From NCBI GenBank assembly GCA_050575255.1, contig JBNZDD010013718.1, positions 6,874,579-6,938,578 of the forward strand: DNA of 64,000 nucleotides. The letters run 5' to 3'. The notes under the pieces are model-generated. The model was not told the DNA's origin, searched no databases, and was given only the letters and a program-made list of their open reading frames with translations. Positions 14,363 through 27,531 of this stretch are shown here, piece after piece. This DNA is from Harriotta raleighana (lineage: Eukaryota). How positions within the stretch are numbered: the first letter of the stretch is position 1; each line of letters opens with the position of its first letter. The translations under genes were made by a program, and so were the position numbers.

Positions 14363-14656
14363 TAATAATAATAATCCTTGCATTTGATATAGCGCTTTTC
14401 ACATCTTATCAACGTCCCAAAGCGCTTCACAGAATATACTGTAAAGTGAATTGACTGTATATTTGTGGGCGGAATGCGGCAGCCAATTGCGCACAGCAGT
14501 GTCCCACAAACAGTCATGGATTGAAATGATCAATTATTATTAGGCATGTGGAGTAAGGAAACTTGCCCAAGGTTTCGCCCTGATCTGCCTGGATTCGAAC
14601 ACAGGTCTCATGCTTGCAAGGCNAGTGCTCTAACCACTAAACCAGAGGAGCTCCAC
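14363..14656 (-). mobile_element. tRNA-derived SINE
   Basis: Reverse-complement copy close to the family consensus seen in this window. Confidence 0.9.
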
Positions 14657-15770
14657 ATTACCCTTTGAGTAAAGCAACATAACCTGGTTAGCTCTCCTGA
14701 TATTCCCCATTGCAATTCTTTTTTGTTCTACAATGTTGCTGCATCCCAAAGTATTGTTCCAGTTTTACTTTCTCAATCCCATTTAAAATTACATACACCT
14801 CTAATGAGATTCCCTGCTGCATTGTCTCTCAGACTGAGGAGCTCTAGTTTAATCATTGCTCATTCCTCTGATACTGGAGATTATCCGTATCGCTCTCCTC
14901 TGCCTTTATGTTGCAAATGTGCAAAACTGAATGAGTTTACTTTTATATTCTTTCTGATTCCAGCCTGATTCCACTGTGGGGTTATGTGAACACTGTAAAC
15001 TTGTTTCTTGTGAAAAATGGAAAAAAGGAAGGAATGCCCATCCCACCACTGTTCTGCTCTTGAACTTAATGGGAAACCAAGCACACAGCGTAGACTCACA
15101 ATAAAGAGGTGAACGATGAACTAATCCAGAGGATTGTTGGCCAGAAAATCACCTCTTTTTAAATAGTTTAACATTCACCTTAAGAGGCAGACAGGACCTC
15201 GGTTTAATACCTTATATAACCATTGGTTCATTCAGCAATACAGCATATTCTGCTAATCTAGGCAGAGAGTGCATTGCAATATCAGTCAAGGTTGAGCTGA
15301 AGTTCTGATGAGGGCACTTGGAAGTCATCATTTGACATAGAGCAAAATTGGACATACTGTAATTCACTTGTGGTAAATTAAACTTCTTTGACAAGAGAAT
15401 ATGTTGAAAGGAGTTCAATGTGAATGCACTTCTACTTCAGATAGTTGAAGCAGAAAGATTAGATCTATGCTTTGTCAAGTTATCTATGCATCTCTGCTGT
15501 GCCATTAATGAGAAGTTCTGTTTCTTCCAAAAACTCCAGGCTGAATAATGTTGACTCAGTCTACATCAATGTCAAAAAATCAAATTATATTAATGTTTGG
15601 GCTGTGTTGTTTATCACTGTGGAAAATCTTGCTACTGTTGTAGTTTTGTTGATAATGACAAACTTTTTGTTTTGCCAGAATGATAGGGGTAAGCCAGGTC
15701 ATAACAAAACAGCATGGCATGAATATAGAATTAATGAACAGATCTAATACATTAAAGTGACACACTGTTC

Positions 15771-15776
15771 TTTATT
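15771..15776 (-). promoter_or_regulatory. Candidate polyadenylation signal for ca12
   Basis: AATAAA on the minus strand about 1.05 kb past the stop codon. Confidence 0.45.
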
Positions 15777-16830
15777 AAACTGGTTTTAAAAGCACAGAAC
15801 AAAGACCATGTTTAAAAAGCACTGGCATTGACTTTTTTTTCCCAGGAATAAGACATTCAGGACCAGTGCCTTGAAAATTGCCTCATCTCCATATCTATCA
15901 GAAGCATCTTAAATCTATTCAGATTTCATCTAACTCGTACAAAAATACACTGCTTTTTTCTTCCTTGTTTTTAATAAATTACATTATTGCAGCCTTTTAA
16001 ATTGAATTTAGACACTGTACAGCATTATCCCAAAATAAATCCTAAGGCAGTTTTCACCTGACTGACAGACCAAGATCTTTAATTGCCCACTCACCAGACT
16101 TGACTGGAGAGAAAGACAATAGCAACTGGCTTGTGCTTAACGCTTGAAACACTTGTGCTCATATGTCAACAATGCCAGATGAGAAAAGACTGAGTTTCAC
16201 AAGGGGTTTAAAACTTATATTAAAAAAAAGGAGATTGTGGTAGACTTCACTGAAGTTAGTTAGCCAAAGCTTCAAATGAAGATTGAAAGGCTGAAACCCG
16301 CAAATTGGCCATCAGTCATAATTTGCATCCACTCAAACATTCTCTTGCCCTGACCCAAAGTCAGTGAAAATTGGTAAGTAGATGGGTGGTGGGGGAAGCA
16401 ATTGTAGTGGCCCCTTTGATCAGATAACATGTCCATTGAAATGTTAATCGAATGAACGAGTTTACAAAATAAAATTAGTTGGGACCAGGTGATACATTTA
16501 GTGAAAATGTTACTTTACAATTCAACATTCAAAGAACTCAATAAAGCAGTCAACCGTTAAAACAAAGTATGTAAAGTCACTAGATTTGGATCAAACACAA
16601 TTTACATTTCTATAACAAACATTCAGAATATTGTCCTTGCATGTACAAGTTAAACTTGGTCATTAAAACATTTGGATTTCCTTCAAAGACACAGAACATG
16701 CTTCAGGTTAATAGAAATAAGCTTTTAAACTTCTAAATATTGGCCCTATGCAACAATTGAAACTTTATACTACGTTAAAACAAAGACTGAATATTTTAAA
16801 TGTTTTTCCATGGATGTTTTTCATTCATCC

Positions 16831-16900
16831 TTATGAAAGATCATCTTTGTCTCCTGCAGGTTTGTAGATAACTCCTTGGTTTTCAGATGCCTTTTTCACT
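16831..16900 (-). CDS. ca12: CA XII last coding exon (cytoplasmic tail, stop TAA)
   Basis: tttgaag acceptor. VKKASENQGVIYKPAGDKDDLS*. GVIYKPA matches the CA12 tail. The ten exons total 1041 nt, giving 346 aa. Confidence 0.92.
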
Positions 16901-17542
16901 CTTCAAAAAAACAAAGGTAAGTTATATAGTACAGTATAGTATCAACTGCCAAACATGCTTTGCATAACGTATTCCCCCAATTTCTGACTGACCAGTGCCT
17001 TGGTCTTCCAATGTGAAGAGAGCGATACGAGTGGAATTTGTTGTTGTATAATAAACTGCCCATCTAATCCATCGGATGAAAAACTATCCTGCTAAAGCCA
17101 GATAGAGCACAAACTCATTTTTCTGATCTTCCTCAGCGGTTCCTTGGATAATCTTACCAATGTGGAGCTTTGAAATATTGTAATACTTAATTTACCTAAA
17201 ACTCACATCTTCGGACATGTTAACTGCTTTGGTCCACGCCAGGTTTCAGGTTTGAAAAATTGTCTGCAGAGTGTCCTACTGGCATTGACAGATGAGTGAC
17301 AAAGCACTTATGGCTCACACTCAAGAATTTGAGGAGCAGCCAATGGTGATCGGAACACTAGGTCGGGAAGTTTAAGTGCCTTAAAATGCATTTCAGTTAT
17401 ATAAATAGCATCATGCCCCGGCATTGTCTTCACAACTTACAGCCCTGAAGATATTCTTCACTCGTTAATTCAGTTGGGCTGTTTTATACAGCTCAGCTTG
17501 GTTTGTTTGAGATTCCCATTGCCAATTGAACTCGTATTGTTT

Positions 17543-17850
17543 AATAATAATAATCCTTGCATTTGATATTGCACTTTTCACATCTTCTAGACATCTCAAA
17601 GTGCTTCACAGAAGAGACTGTAAAGTGAATTGACTGTATATTTTGGGGAAAAACACGGCAGCCAATTGTGCACGGCAGTGTCCCACAAACAGTCGTGGAT
17701 TGAAATAGATTTTAAATATATTTTTTGGAGGCATTATTATTAGGCATGTGGAGTAAGGAAAATCGCCCAAGGTTTCGCCCTGACCTGCCTGGATTTGAAC
17801 ACAGGTCTCACACTTATATGGTGAGTGCTCCAACCACTGAGTTACAGGAT
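17543..17850 (-). mobile_element. tRNA-derived SINE in the last ca12 intron
   Basis: Same family, full length. Confidence 0.9.
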
Positions 17851-17995
17851 TACAACACTCAATTTAAAGTGTTCCTTCAAATTAGCAGCATTTCCTATTG
17901 GAATGCATTGGAAATGATGTTTGTCCTTCAGCAAATTTTAAACAAATATTTCCGACTAACATATTGAATGAAAAGCATCCAGATTTGAAACACAC

Positions 17996-18077
17996 CTTTT
18001 TCTCAGCAAGAAGCAACCCAATGCTAAAATAGCAAGGCTACCAAATACACAGACCAATATCACAGCCAGTACCACAC
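17996..18077 (-). CDS. ca12: CA XII transmembrane exon
   Basis: 82 nt, cacacag acceptor and AG/gtgtgt donor. GVVLAVILVCVFGSLAILALGCFLLRKR: hydrophobic helix plus basic stop-transfer residues. Confidence 0.9.
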
Positions 18078-18671
18078 CTGTGTGCAGAAAAATGGAATGT
18101 ATTAGCATCCGCAGCTTAATTGGAAACGATTCCTGAATGAAAAATCATGTATAAATAGCAATTGTGCGTTGGAAATACAATTGTTTTAATTCTCCCAAAT
18201 CCCCAAATAGTGTAATATCAGAAAAAAATTGGATGCAATTAAATTGTTTTTGCCCCTCCACCCCCCCTAAACCCGCCCACCCATCCATTGTTGCTTATTT
18301 CACCATTAATATTATACACCAATAAAATTATATTCTGCAGAGCGTTTAGGAGAATGTACTCAATGGAAATAAGGTGTGCAGTAATTGTACATTGTTACAC
18401 TTTGGCCACCCAGGGTCAACATAAAGCAAAGTCCAGTTTCATACCAGTACAGATTGGATGCAGAGATACTTCCACTCCACTGCCTGAAAACCTTCAGCCT
18501 CAGAACTTTAAAAGGTACCAGTACTAATGCTCCATTTCTCTTTCCCAGTCTTAGATTTTCAATTTAGGGCCAAATGAGGTGCCGCTTAACGGAATCACAT
18601 CCGATAAGAACTGGATTGTTGAATCATAAAAGCCTCATGAGACAGGTTTTTTTTAAAAAAATACTTACAAT

Positions 18672-18970
18672 ATAATAATCCTCAAATTTGATATAATAAT
18701 CCTCAAATTTGATATTGAGCTTTTCACATCTTCTAGACATCCCAAAACACTTCACAGTATATACAGTAGAGTGAAATGACCATTTGCGAGTGAAATGCGG
18801 CAGCCAATTGTACATAGCAGTGTCCCAGAAACAGCTGTGGATTGATTGACCAAATTCTTACTTTTAAAAAAAAGATTTCTTGAAGGATTATTATCAGATG
18901 TTTGGAGTAAGAAAACTTGACTGAGATTTTGTCCTGCCGGAAATCGAATCCAGCTTGCAATAACTGAACT
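18672..18970 (-). mobile_element. Degenerate SINE
   Basis: Core and tail recognisable. The tail segment tataataatcctcaaatttga is tandemly duplicated. Confidence 0.75.
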
Positions 18971-19402
18971 TGCTGGACACAGCACCTTATTAGGTCATCA
19001 AACATCTTAAAGTGCTTCACAGAACATACTGTAAAGTGTAATGACCACAATTTGTGGGCAAGATACCAATTAAGTGTTGATTTTGAGTCCATCACGCAAC
19101 TTAGGGTAGATTCCTGGCAGTGATGAAAGACTACCCACTGATAACATTTAAACTAAAAATAAATAACTTAAGTGTGAAATACTAAATTTATTCTGCGACG
19201 CATTAAAATACTTTCAAGTGCAGTTAATGGCTCTTATTGAACCTTTAGTCTAATCAGCACAGTTTAGGTTATAAAACATTAAATTTATAAATACTGAATA
19301 AAATTTGTTAATAGAATGTGTTGAACTTGCCAGATACGTGCTAAAAACAAACCAGTCCGTACAGAAACACAGGTTGTCGACCGTTGTGTGGTAGAAAACA
19401 AC

Positions 19403-19435
19403 CCTTTCCCAGCATGCATACAAGCAAAGCTAACA
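19403..19435 (-). CDS. ca12: Possible 33-nt cassette exon of CA XII (equivalent of alternatively spliced mammalian exon 9)
   Basis: tgtacag acceptor, 33 nt, phase 1-1, open frame (V)LALLVCMLGK(G). The donor AGG/gttgtt is weak and peptide similarity is low. Confidence 0.3.
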
Positions 19436-21653
19436 CTGTACAATGAAGCAATTATGATAATAAAGCCTGGCAGCATGCAAAATGGTGGCCTTTGTAGGTT
19501 AGATAAGTTAGTACAGCATTGGCAATGGCTGCTGCATCAAGTCATGGGAACTTCTGGGAAGCAAGAGAGTAAAAAAAACAGGCACATCAGGCAGGAAGGT
19601 GAGTAGTTCTATTACAAAATGAGGGAGATGGGCTGTCAATCCATGATCATGCAAATTAGAAGCCACACAAAAAGGAACATTACCTAGGGACAATTCCTGG
19701 GTAGAATCTAAAAGAAAAGAAAATGTTATTTGTCATGCTTCCAAGGCTGCAATTGCATTTTCATACCAATCAACAATTCCACTGCATCCATCACCTGCTT
19801 GCGAGGGGCTGAAAATCCAGTCATGATATGGAAAGCTAATTAGGCAATCACTGAAATCTTTGTCATAATGTTTTAAATTGGAAAGACTCTTTCAAATTCT
19901 CTCTTTCACTCCCCTCCCCACTGTCATAATAACTGCAATTATAATAATCTTGCATTTGATACAGTTCATTTCACGTCAGCAGGACATTTCAAAGCAGGTC
20001 ACAGAAATTATTCTAAAATGACTATTTTGCAGGGAATCGTGGTAGCTAATTAATGCACAGCAATTGCACCAGAAAAACTAATTTGAAGTGAATTACTTGG
20101 GGGATTGTTGCTGAAGACCAGGAGAAACAGATAGTGGCATAGAATCTTTAATGTCCACCTGAACGGGCAGAGAATACCGTAGTTTAATATTTCACTTCAA
20201 GAATAAAATTACATTAAAGGGCTTTAGTAAAGAAAAAAGTTCTTAAAAAAAAGTTATTTTTTCAGTTTGCCAAAAAAGTGCAGCTTGATTTGTGCATTGA
20301 GCATTAATCTCTGTACGAATCTCAAATTGCTGATTAGATCAATACATTTTTAATCAAAAAAGGTCATTGAAAAAAATGGGCCATCAAAGATACAAAAATG
20401 TATAAAAGAGCATTTTGCCCACAAAAGTCAATTAACTATATCAAATGCGATGATTATCATTATAATAAGGGAAAATTATTTAGTTCTAACAGTCTAATGA
20501 TGGGTAGACAAACTCCCCTGTAGCAATCACCAGTTTCCAAACTTGGGGAGGTGGGGGTGAGGGAAGGGGAAAAGATCGGGAAGATTAGTCAAGTCTGCAA
20601 ATCCCTCAAAATCCTATTCTTTTGTCTGATAGAAATTGGGTGGAGTATTTACTGATACCTGGGAGTTAGCCAATTGCATATTTCAACATCTCGGAAGATT
20701 AAACTTTAGAATTGAATAACCTCTTGGAGGTTAGTAAAAAAAAACTGGACAATTGCCTTTTGGTTTAGGGAAGGGAAAAATCCTGAAAAAAAAACCTTAG
20801 TATTCACTGGACACAATGGTCCAGATCTAGTTGAGATGATATCAGCATGTCACATTGTATAGTATATCTGGAAATTAGCAATAGCCCTTATTTTCCAGCA
20901 ACTGGAAAACAATATGCACACGTAATCCCATAAGGATTAGAATCATATGTTTTGTGTGATCACATTCACCTGCACAATTTGTCATACTTTCCAAGACTTC
21001 TTTGCACAAGATGCCACTTTGAAGTTAGTATTTGCTAACATAAATAACTATTAAGGGTCGTACCTTTCATGTACTAATCTATTAATATTTCTGCGGAAAG
21101 CAGGCTAAACATTTTTTTTCCTGAACTGATAAGATTCTTATATCACGGAAGTGAAATTCAGTTCTGTTGACTATTCTCATAACTTTGAATTGAAGTTTTG
21201 ATATCAACCTCTTTTCCGAATTCTTGAATGAAGTCAATGTCCTTTGGTGGGGGGAGTCCTAGAACTGCACACGATCTAAAAACTGCCTCACCTATTTTCT
21301 ATACAACATGAATCAACTTATTTTCAGTCTATGTTACACTGCTTCCCAACATACAATTAGTTTTGTTGTTGACACTGCCGCACAGACAAGAGACTTGGGA
21401 GAACAAACACCAGTCTCACGCAGATTCTATTCCTGTGTTGGACACACAAGTCACTAAAGCAGCTCAATGACAATTTTACAATGATACAGTGCCTTTCAAA
21501 TTAGAAAGTCTCAAAGCTTTCACAACAATAAAAATTGACAGGGAGGAATTGAGGAGGTATGGGGGCGGTGGAAAAGAAAGGTGACCAAAAGCATGCTTGT
21601 CAAGATAGGTCTTGAGTTCAGCAACACAGTGTAGGAGTTATGGCTTTGCTCAC

Positions 21654-21780
21654 CTTCATGGAATGAGACGAGGACCTCTCGTTTCCCTAGTTTCTGCACG
21701 TGACGAAAATTCTTCACCATTTCGGTTTTATTGGTTTCCTCCTTATTCGTGAAGAACAAATCGCTCTCTAACTCATCAAG
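21654..21780 (-). CDS. ca12: CA XII exon 8
   Basis: 127 nt, ttccag acceptor and gtgagc donor. LDELESDLFFTNKEETNKTEMVKNFRHVQKLGKREVLVSFHE, with the NFRxxQ motif. Confidence 0.94.
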
Positions 21781-22540
21781 CTGGAAATAAATCAGAATTA
21801 CTGTCACACTGGGCACTGCTCATAGGGTAGCATCTCAAGAATGCTTTAAAGTCTTCAACATTGTGCAACCCAACCTCAGTACACTTTGTGAGATGCTAAA
21901 ATTTGATGCACAAACATTTTGTGTGTTTCCTAACAGGAACCATTAAAAGTGCCCTTTTGAGACAAGAATTCCTACTATTCCAATTTAACAGGATCAAACA
22001 ACATGCCCATCAATGATAACACTAACAGTATCAGAAATAATCTAGGATACATTGTAAGAAAACATCAAAATCTTGGACTCAGTCAACTGGTCACTTGTAA
22101 TTGTCCACTCGAACTTTGTGATCAACAATCCCCAAGTCCTACTCACCAGCCAACTCCATCTGCTCATTCTCATCTGTTGCATGTTCTCTGCCTCACCAGT
22201 GGAAACAAGCTTTTAGGTACTTTCGCCCCACTCTCTGGAATTCTCTCGACAAATTCCTCTGCTTCACACCTTTCTTTTTGCATTCAAAATACTTCTAAAA
22301 ACCTCTCCCTGTGACTGTACCTTTGATCACCTCCCTACTAATCGTCCAATCTCCCACTAGGCTCTGAAACACTTTGAAGAAGTTTCCTGAGATGAAAAGC
22401 ATTATACAAGTCCAAACTGAAACTCAGGACACCATCTCCTTTATAACATCCAAAGAAAAATGTGTCTTTGTGTAAAGGTTGTTATTGTTGTGTACACACT
22501 GAGTAAGACTGCCAATTTAGTGTCATATTATGAGCAGTAT

Positions 22541-23173
22541 TATAATAATCCTTGCATTTAATATAGCACTTTTCATGTCTTCTAGATGTCTCAAAGCACT
22601 TCACAGAATATACTGTAAAGTGAATTGACTGTATATTTGTGGGCGAATGCAACAGTCAATTGTGCACAGCAGTGTCCCACAAACAGTCATGGATTGAAAT
22701 AACCAATTTTTATTGCGGTGTATTGTGTTTTTTTGGGGGCCAAATATTATTAGGCGTGTGTAGGGAAACTTGCCCAAGGATTCACCCTGATCTCCCTGGA
22801 TTTGAACACAGGTCTCATGCTTTTAATAATAATAATAATAATAATCCTTGCATTTGGTATAGCGCTTTTCACATCTTATCAACGTCCCAAAGCGCTTCAC
22901 AGAGTATACTGTAAAGTGAATTGACTGTATATTTTGTGGGCGGAACGCGGCAGCCAATTGCGCACAGCAGTGTCCCACAAACAGTCGTGGATTGAAATGA
23001 CCAATTTTTTTTATTTTTTATTATTGTGGTTTTGTTGGAGGGATTATTATTAGGCATGTGGAGTAAGGAAACTTGCCCAAGGTTTCGCCCTGATCTGCCT
23101 GGATTCGAACACATGTCTCATGCTTGTAAGGCTTGTAAGGCGAGTGCTCTAACCACTGAGCCACAGGAGCTCC
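22541..23173 (-). mobile_element. Two tandem or nested SINE copies
   Basis: Copy A 22541-22822, then copy B from the (AAT)n tail at about 22824. A single shared head ends at 23173. Confidence 0.9.
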
Positions 23174-23373
23174 AATAGAACCAAGTGGTAGCTAGGTTGA
23201 AATAGTTAAAACTGAATAGGCCACTTGCAAAAAAAAGTTTCATACCGTTATTTGAGGCTACATTCAAACTCAAGACTCAAGAGGCAAGACCGTGATAATA
23301 CATTGAGTAATTTAGCACACAAAGTGTTATAGTGACAGATTTCCAAGAATTATTCCAATTGCGCCACATCAAT

Positions 23374-23760
23374 TACAACAACACCAAAATTACATTTATA
23401 GAGCACCTTTCACGTCGGGAGGACATCCCAAGGCACTGAACAGTCAGGTCGGGACCCGAGCAAGGGAGAGGGGCAGGGTAAGGGGGAAGGGCGGGAGAGA
23501 GGAGGGGAGGGAGAGAGTTGGGAGGGCAGCAGAAAATGCAGTCGAAGAGGAGTCTTGAGACTGACCTTGAAGGAGGTGAGGGAGTGAGCAAGACAAAGGG
23601 ACTGTGGGATGGAGTTCCAGAGTGTGGGAGCAGAGAGGCTGAAAGCCCGTCCGCAAATGATAGGGCGGTTTAGGAGGGGGACATGGAGCAGGCTGGAGCT
23701 GCTGAACGGAGAGGGTGGAGAGGTTCATAGGGGAACAGCAGGTTGGAGAGGTGGGGGGCG
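23374..23760 (-). mobile_element. L2 LINE 3' fragment
   Basis: Same 3' UTR and tail as the copies at 2266 and 43548. Confidence 0.85.
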
Positions 23761-25171
23761 CGGGGGGAGAATATAAGTGTGATTTGGCGGAGGCCAGAGC
23801 AGTAGGTTTTGATGTGGTCCAGCCAGATGTGGACCATTAGACCAGATTTGAGCCAAGTGCATTACAGCAGGGAATTACACAAGGGAACATTCCGCTCAGG
23901 GCAGAGGAAATACATGTTCCTGTTTTCTACAAATATTCAGGTTATTTTGAGCTTTGTGTACTAAAGCTTTGATTAGGTACATAGCGTACAATGTAATTAA
24001 GTTGCTCCATTCATACTATCAAAGCCACAGTTTGTAGAATGTGTATCTAATAGGCAGATCAGATGTTCCAGAAATATGAGAATTAATTGGAATAGTCAAT
24101 ATTAATGATCACAACTGCCCCCACCCCCGAAAAAACTAGAAGCAAAATATCAATTCAGCATATCAAAGCAAATATCGATTCGCTGAGAAACCTATTGTTC
24201 TAATTGTGCGATACAATATCTGACAAGAGCAGGAATGCTTCTGATACAGCTTTAAAAAAATATGGAAAATCAGTTGGTGTGGAGGTCACAAAGCAGGAGC
24301 TAACTCGAAGACTGAGGCTGCCAATTCTGAAGACAAAAGAGAAACTTTAACCCAGAGGAACTAAACGGTCAATCACGGACACCAGTCCACAAACCTGATC
24401 TGTGCAGTTTGTAGTTAGCAGAAAGGCCTTTCAAAGTGTTCAAATCAAAAAGATTTTAAGTCCAATCATTATTTCATTTGTTTAAAACATATTTTAGTGT
24501 AATAGAGAAAAGATTTTCCTAGCAATTAATAAGTGGAAGTGTGTACACACACATTACTAGGTCCTCATAACAGGTATAGACAGAGACAAGGGCCTTTATG
24601 AGAAACAAAGGTAGCCTGGCCAACAATCCCCTAGATGAAATTGGTCATTCACTTCATAGCTGCTGTTGGGACTTTGCTGTGCACAAATTCACTGCTACAC
24701 TCACCTAGAACTACACAATCACTACACTCAAAGAGTAAAATCCTTTGAAGTACTCAGACGTTTTAATCATGTGAGAAGGTGCTATAATCAGATGCAAGGA
24801 TTATCATTATTAAAAACACTGAACAGGAACTGCAAGTCAGTTGGGAAACAAATACAGAAAAACCTTGGGAGTAACCTTGAAGTTAAAGGATTTATTATTC
24901 TATACATCTTTGTAATGTCAGTCATTCATGTGCCCTGGGATCTCAAAGTATCCAGATTCACCCCAAGGGATTATTGGTTAAACTAAACCCCAAGAAAGGA
25001 ATCTGGCCTGGCAAGCTATGCCAACCAACATATCACCCTACAATTCCCCTTATTTACATTAGTAACGTCTGACTGAAACAGCACTCTCATTCTGAAGAAA
25101 TGCAAGTATTTAGTGTTGGCTTCAGAAACAGTTCCAAACCACAATGAACGGCGGATCACTTTCTCACCTAC

Positions 25172-25329
25172 CTGTTCCTTAGAGATTTGGACAGGCTTCC
25201 TAAAAACCGTCCAGAGCACACTGGGATAACAAGGAGGAGTTGTGAGGGACCCATGATAGCGAAAGTACTGATCCAGTCGGTCAGGAAGAAGATCTTCAAT
25301 ATTGAAACCAGGTATCTGGACTGTTTGAT
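25172..25329 (-). CDS. ca12: CA XII exon 7
   Basis: 158 nt. [53 protein letters not shown], with the GSLTTPPC (Thr199) motif. Confidence 0.96.
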
Positions 25330-25875
25330 CTGTAGAAATGAAATGCTAATAGTAACAACTAGCTAAAGAAGCAGAGCAGAAGTAATGCCATTTAACACAT
25401 TTAAGTTTTTTTTAATTAAAAAAACTATTTGGTGTTGGCTTCAGAAACAGTTCCAAACCACAAAGAAGGACAGCCCAACAGATCACTTTCTCACCTTAGA
25501 GATTTGGACAGGCTCCAAATCAGGAAATACAGAGTTCACAGCTGTCTTTTTTTTTAAATAAAAAAAGATGGGTCAATGTCTAACTTTCTCCAGCCAACGC
25601 ATGTNAGCCATTCATCATATTTCATAGCACTATGAAATTTTTACGAGTAAAATCATAAACATTCGCCCCCCTTAGCAGCTCAAATGGTTGAGCATGTGAA
25701 ACAGGCTTGTGTTAGTTTCATACTCTATAAATTCCCAAGACAGAATATACGATTGTCTAATCAAGTAGAATCATTTTCAAACCAGGTTTTCAAAACAAGT
25801 CAGTCATTTGTTGTATCTTTTGCATCTGGTTCCAAGCACTAAGTTGTATTTGAATAAAGTTTATAGAATTCTCAC

Positions 25876-25939
25876 CTTTAAACGGGATATCTCTCAGATG
25901 ACCAATTATGTTGTCATAAGCAGGGTTGAATTTCCCAAC
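25876..25939 (-). CDS. ca12: CA XII exon 6
   Basis: 64 nt, ttgtag acceptor and gtgaga donor. VGKFNPAYDNIIGHLRDIPFK. Confidence 0.93.
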
Positions 25940-26052
25940 CTACAAAGACATTTTTTTTAAATGTTTGTTTTTGTGAGTTTGTTATTGTACATTTTTTCTT
26001 TGTTAAGGATGCAAAAAGATAACATGCCACATGATTGGATATGTTCAAATAC

Positions 26053-26148
26053 CTCAATAAGAATTCCCAGAACAGCCAGGCCATCAGTCTTATCCATTGC
26101 TTCAGAAACATTCTGGTACTTTTCAGAGTTGTAGTGAACGATATGCAG
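26053..26148 (-). CDS. ca12: CA XII exon 5
   Basis: 96 nt, tttag acceptor and gtattt donor. [32 protein letters not shown], with Zn ligand His119. Confidence 0.95.
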
Positions 26149-27388
26149 CTAAATGGGTTGAAGGAATGTACAGTAATTAGACCTTTGGGGGCGATTCTTT
26201 ATTCTTCAGTAACGCACACTGTTAGAAAAGTATAACAGTATGAGAATCTGAATGAATGGATTCAGTTTTCAGTGTAGAACTCACAACCAGACCACTATAT
26301 ATACTAAGTGTCTATGTGTGTTTGGATGTGGGGTGGGAGGTCCATGTGCATGTGCCCTGGGTTGGGAAGCTAGAGAGGGGATAACAGCACATGGAAGTAT
26401 TGACAACAAAATTAGATTTGTATAGCACCTTTCACATTGGGAAGACGGTCCCATGTTGCTGAACAAAGCATACAGTAAAATGGACAAAGAGATACAGAAT
26501 TCATGGCTATCTTTTCTTTCTGAGCTCTGCCACTGACAGAAAGCAAACAGCACAAAGAAATGGAGATGTAGGATAGATGGATGGTTGCCTACGTTTTTGT
26601 TTGGTACAGATCCAAGGGATCAGGGAGAAAATGGCTTTAAATGGACAATTATACCTTCAAATTTGATAAAAAGTCACAAATCCTGGGATAATTACCCAAC
26701 AGATTGTGGGATTACAAATACCTCTGGGGTTAACAACCCGTTAGAGTTACTAAACAAATGGAAATAATATACATTAACTGGTAGCATAGTTCTGTCCCAC
26801 TAAGTGCAGTTTTAACAATAGAGAGCTGAGGGCTAGAAATCTAGAACATTGCAATTATAATTTCCTGTGAGCTCCTTTAATGCCAGGTTCCAGCTTGTTT
26901 CACTTTGTTCCAATTGTAGCCGGAATTGGCAGCAGCTGGTGAATAATTGCCCATTGGATTGGACTACACTTCTAAATAAACTAAATTAGTTTCCTTTGAT
27001 GATGGTGTGTGAAGCTACCACTGATTCCTCTCCACTAGCCTGTGGGAAACAATTGCTTGCAAAAGTTTTCAAAACTTTCCTTGCTCAACTTTAGGGTGCA
27101 AGCTTTCGTCAGTCGCCTTGGATTTCTTGATCATAGGCAGAGACCAGGCATCTACTTTGGAGTCCAAAAGAAGGGACATGCATAGCAACGTCTTTCCGTT
27201 TATCTGGAAAGATCATGGAGACACATATATGCCCAAACCTTAAGCCAGGATTGGATATGATGCAGAGAAATCCAGAGAGGATGAGGAGGGACGGTGGGGG
27301 GTGGGCAATACCTTCTTGAAGCCTCAAAAAAGTAGTAACAAGGAAGTACGTACAAGAATACAGTGTCAGCCCAGGCAGGAAATCTCAC

Positions 27389-27531
27389 CTCTGACCCGTA
27401 ATGTTTCCCACTAATGGTGTGCTCAGATCCATTGGGCTCAGCCTTACTCCCCCAGTGCATATGTAGTTGCACTGCAGTGTAACGATCGGGCAAGCTTGTG
27501 ATGTACATGGTCGGGAGCAAGCTCATTTTTA
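27389..27531 (-). CDS. ca12: CA XII exon 4
   Basis: 143 nt. VKMSLLPTMYITSLPDRYTAVQLHMHWGSKAEPNGSEHTISGKHYGSE, with Zn ligands His94 and His96. Confidence 0.96.
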
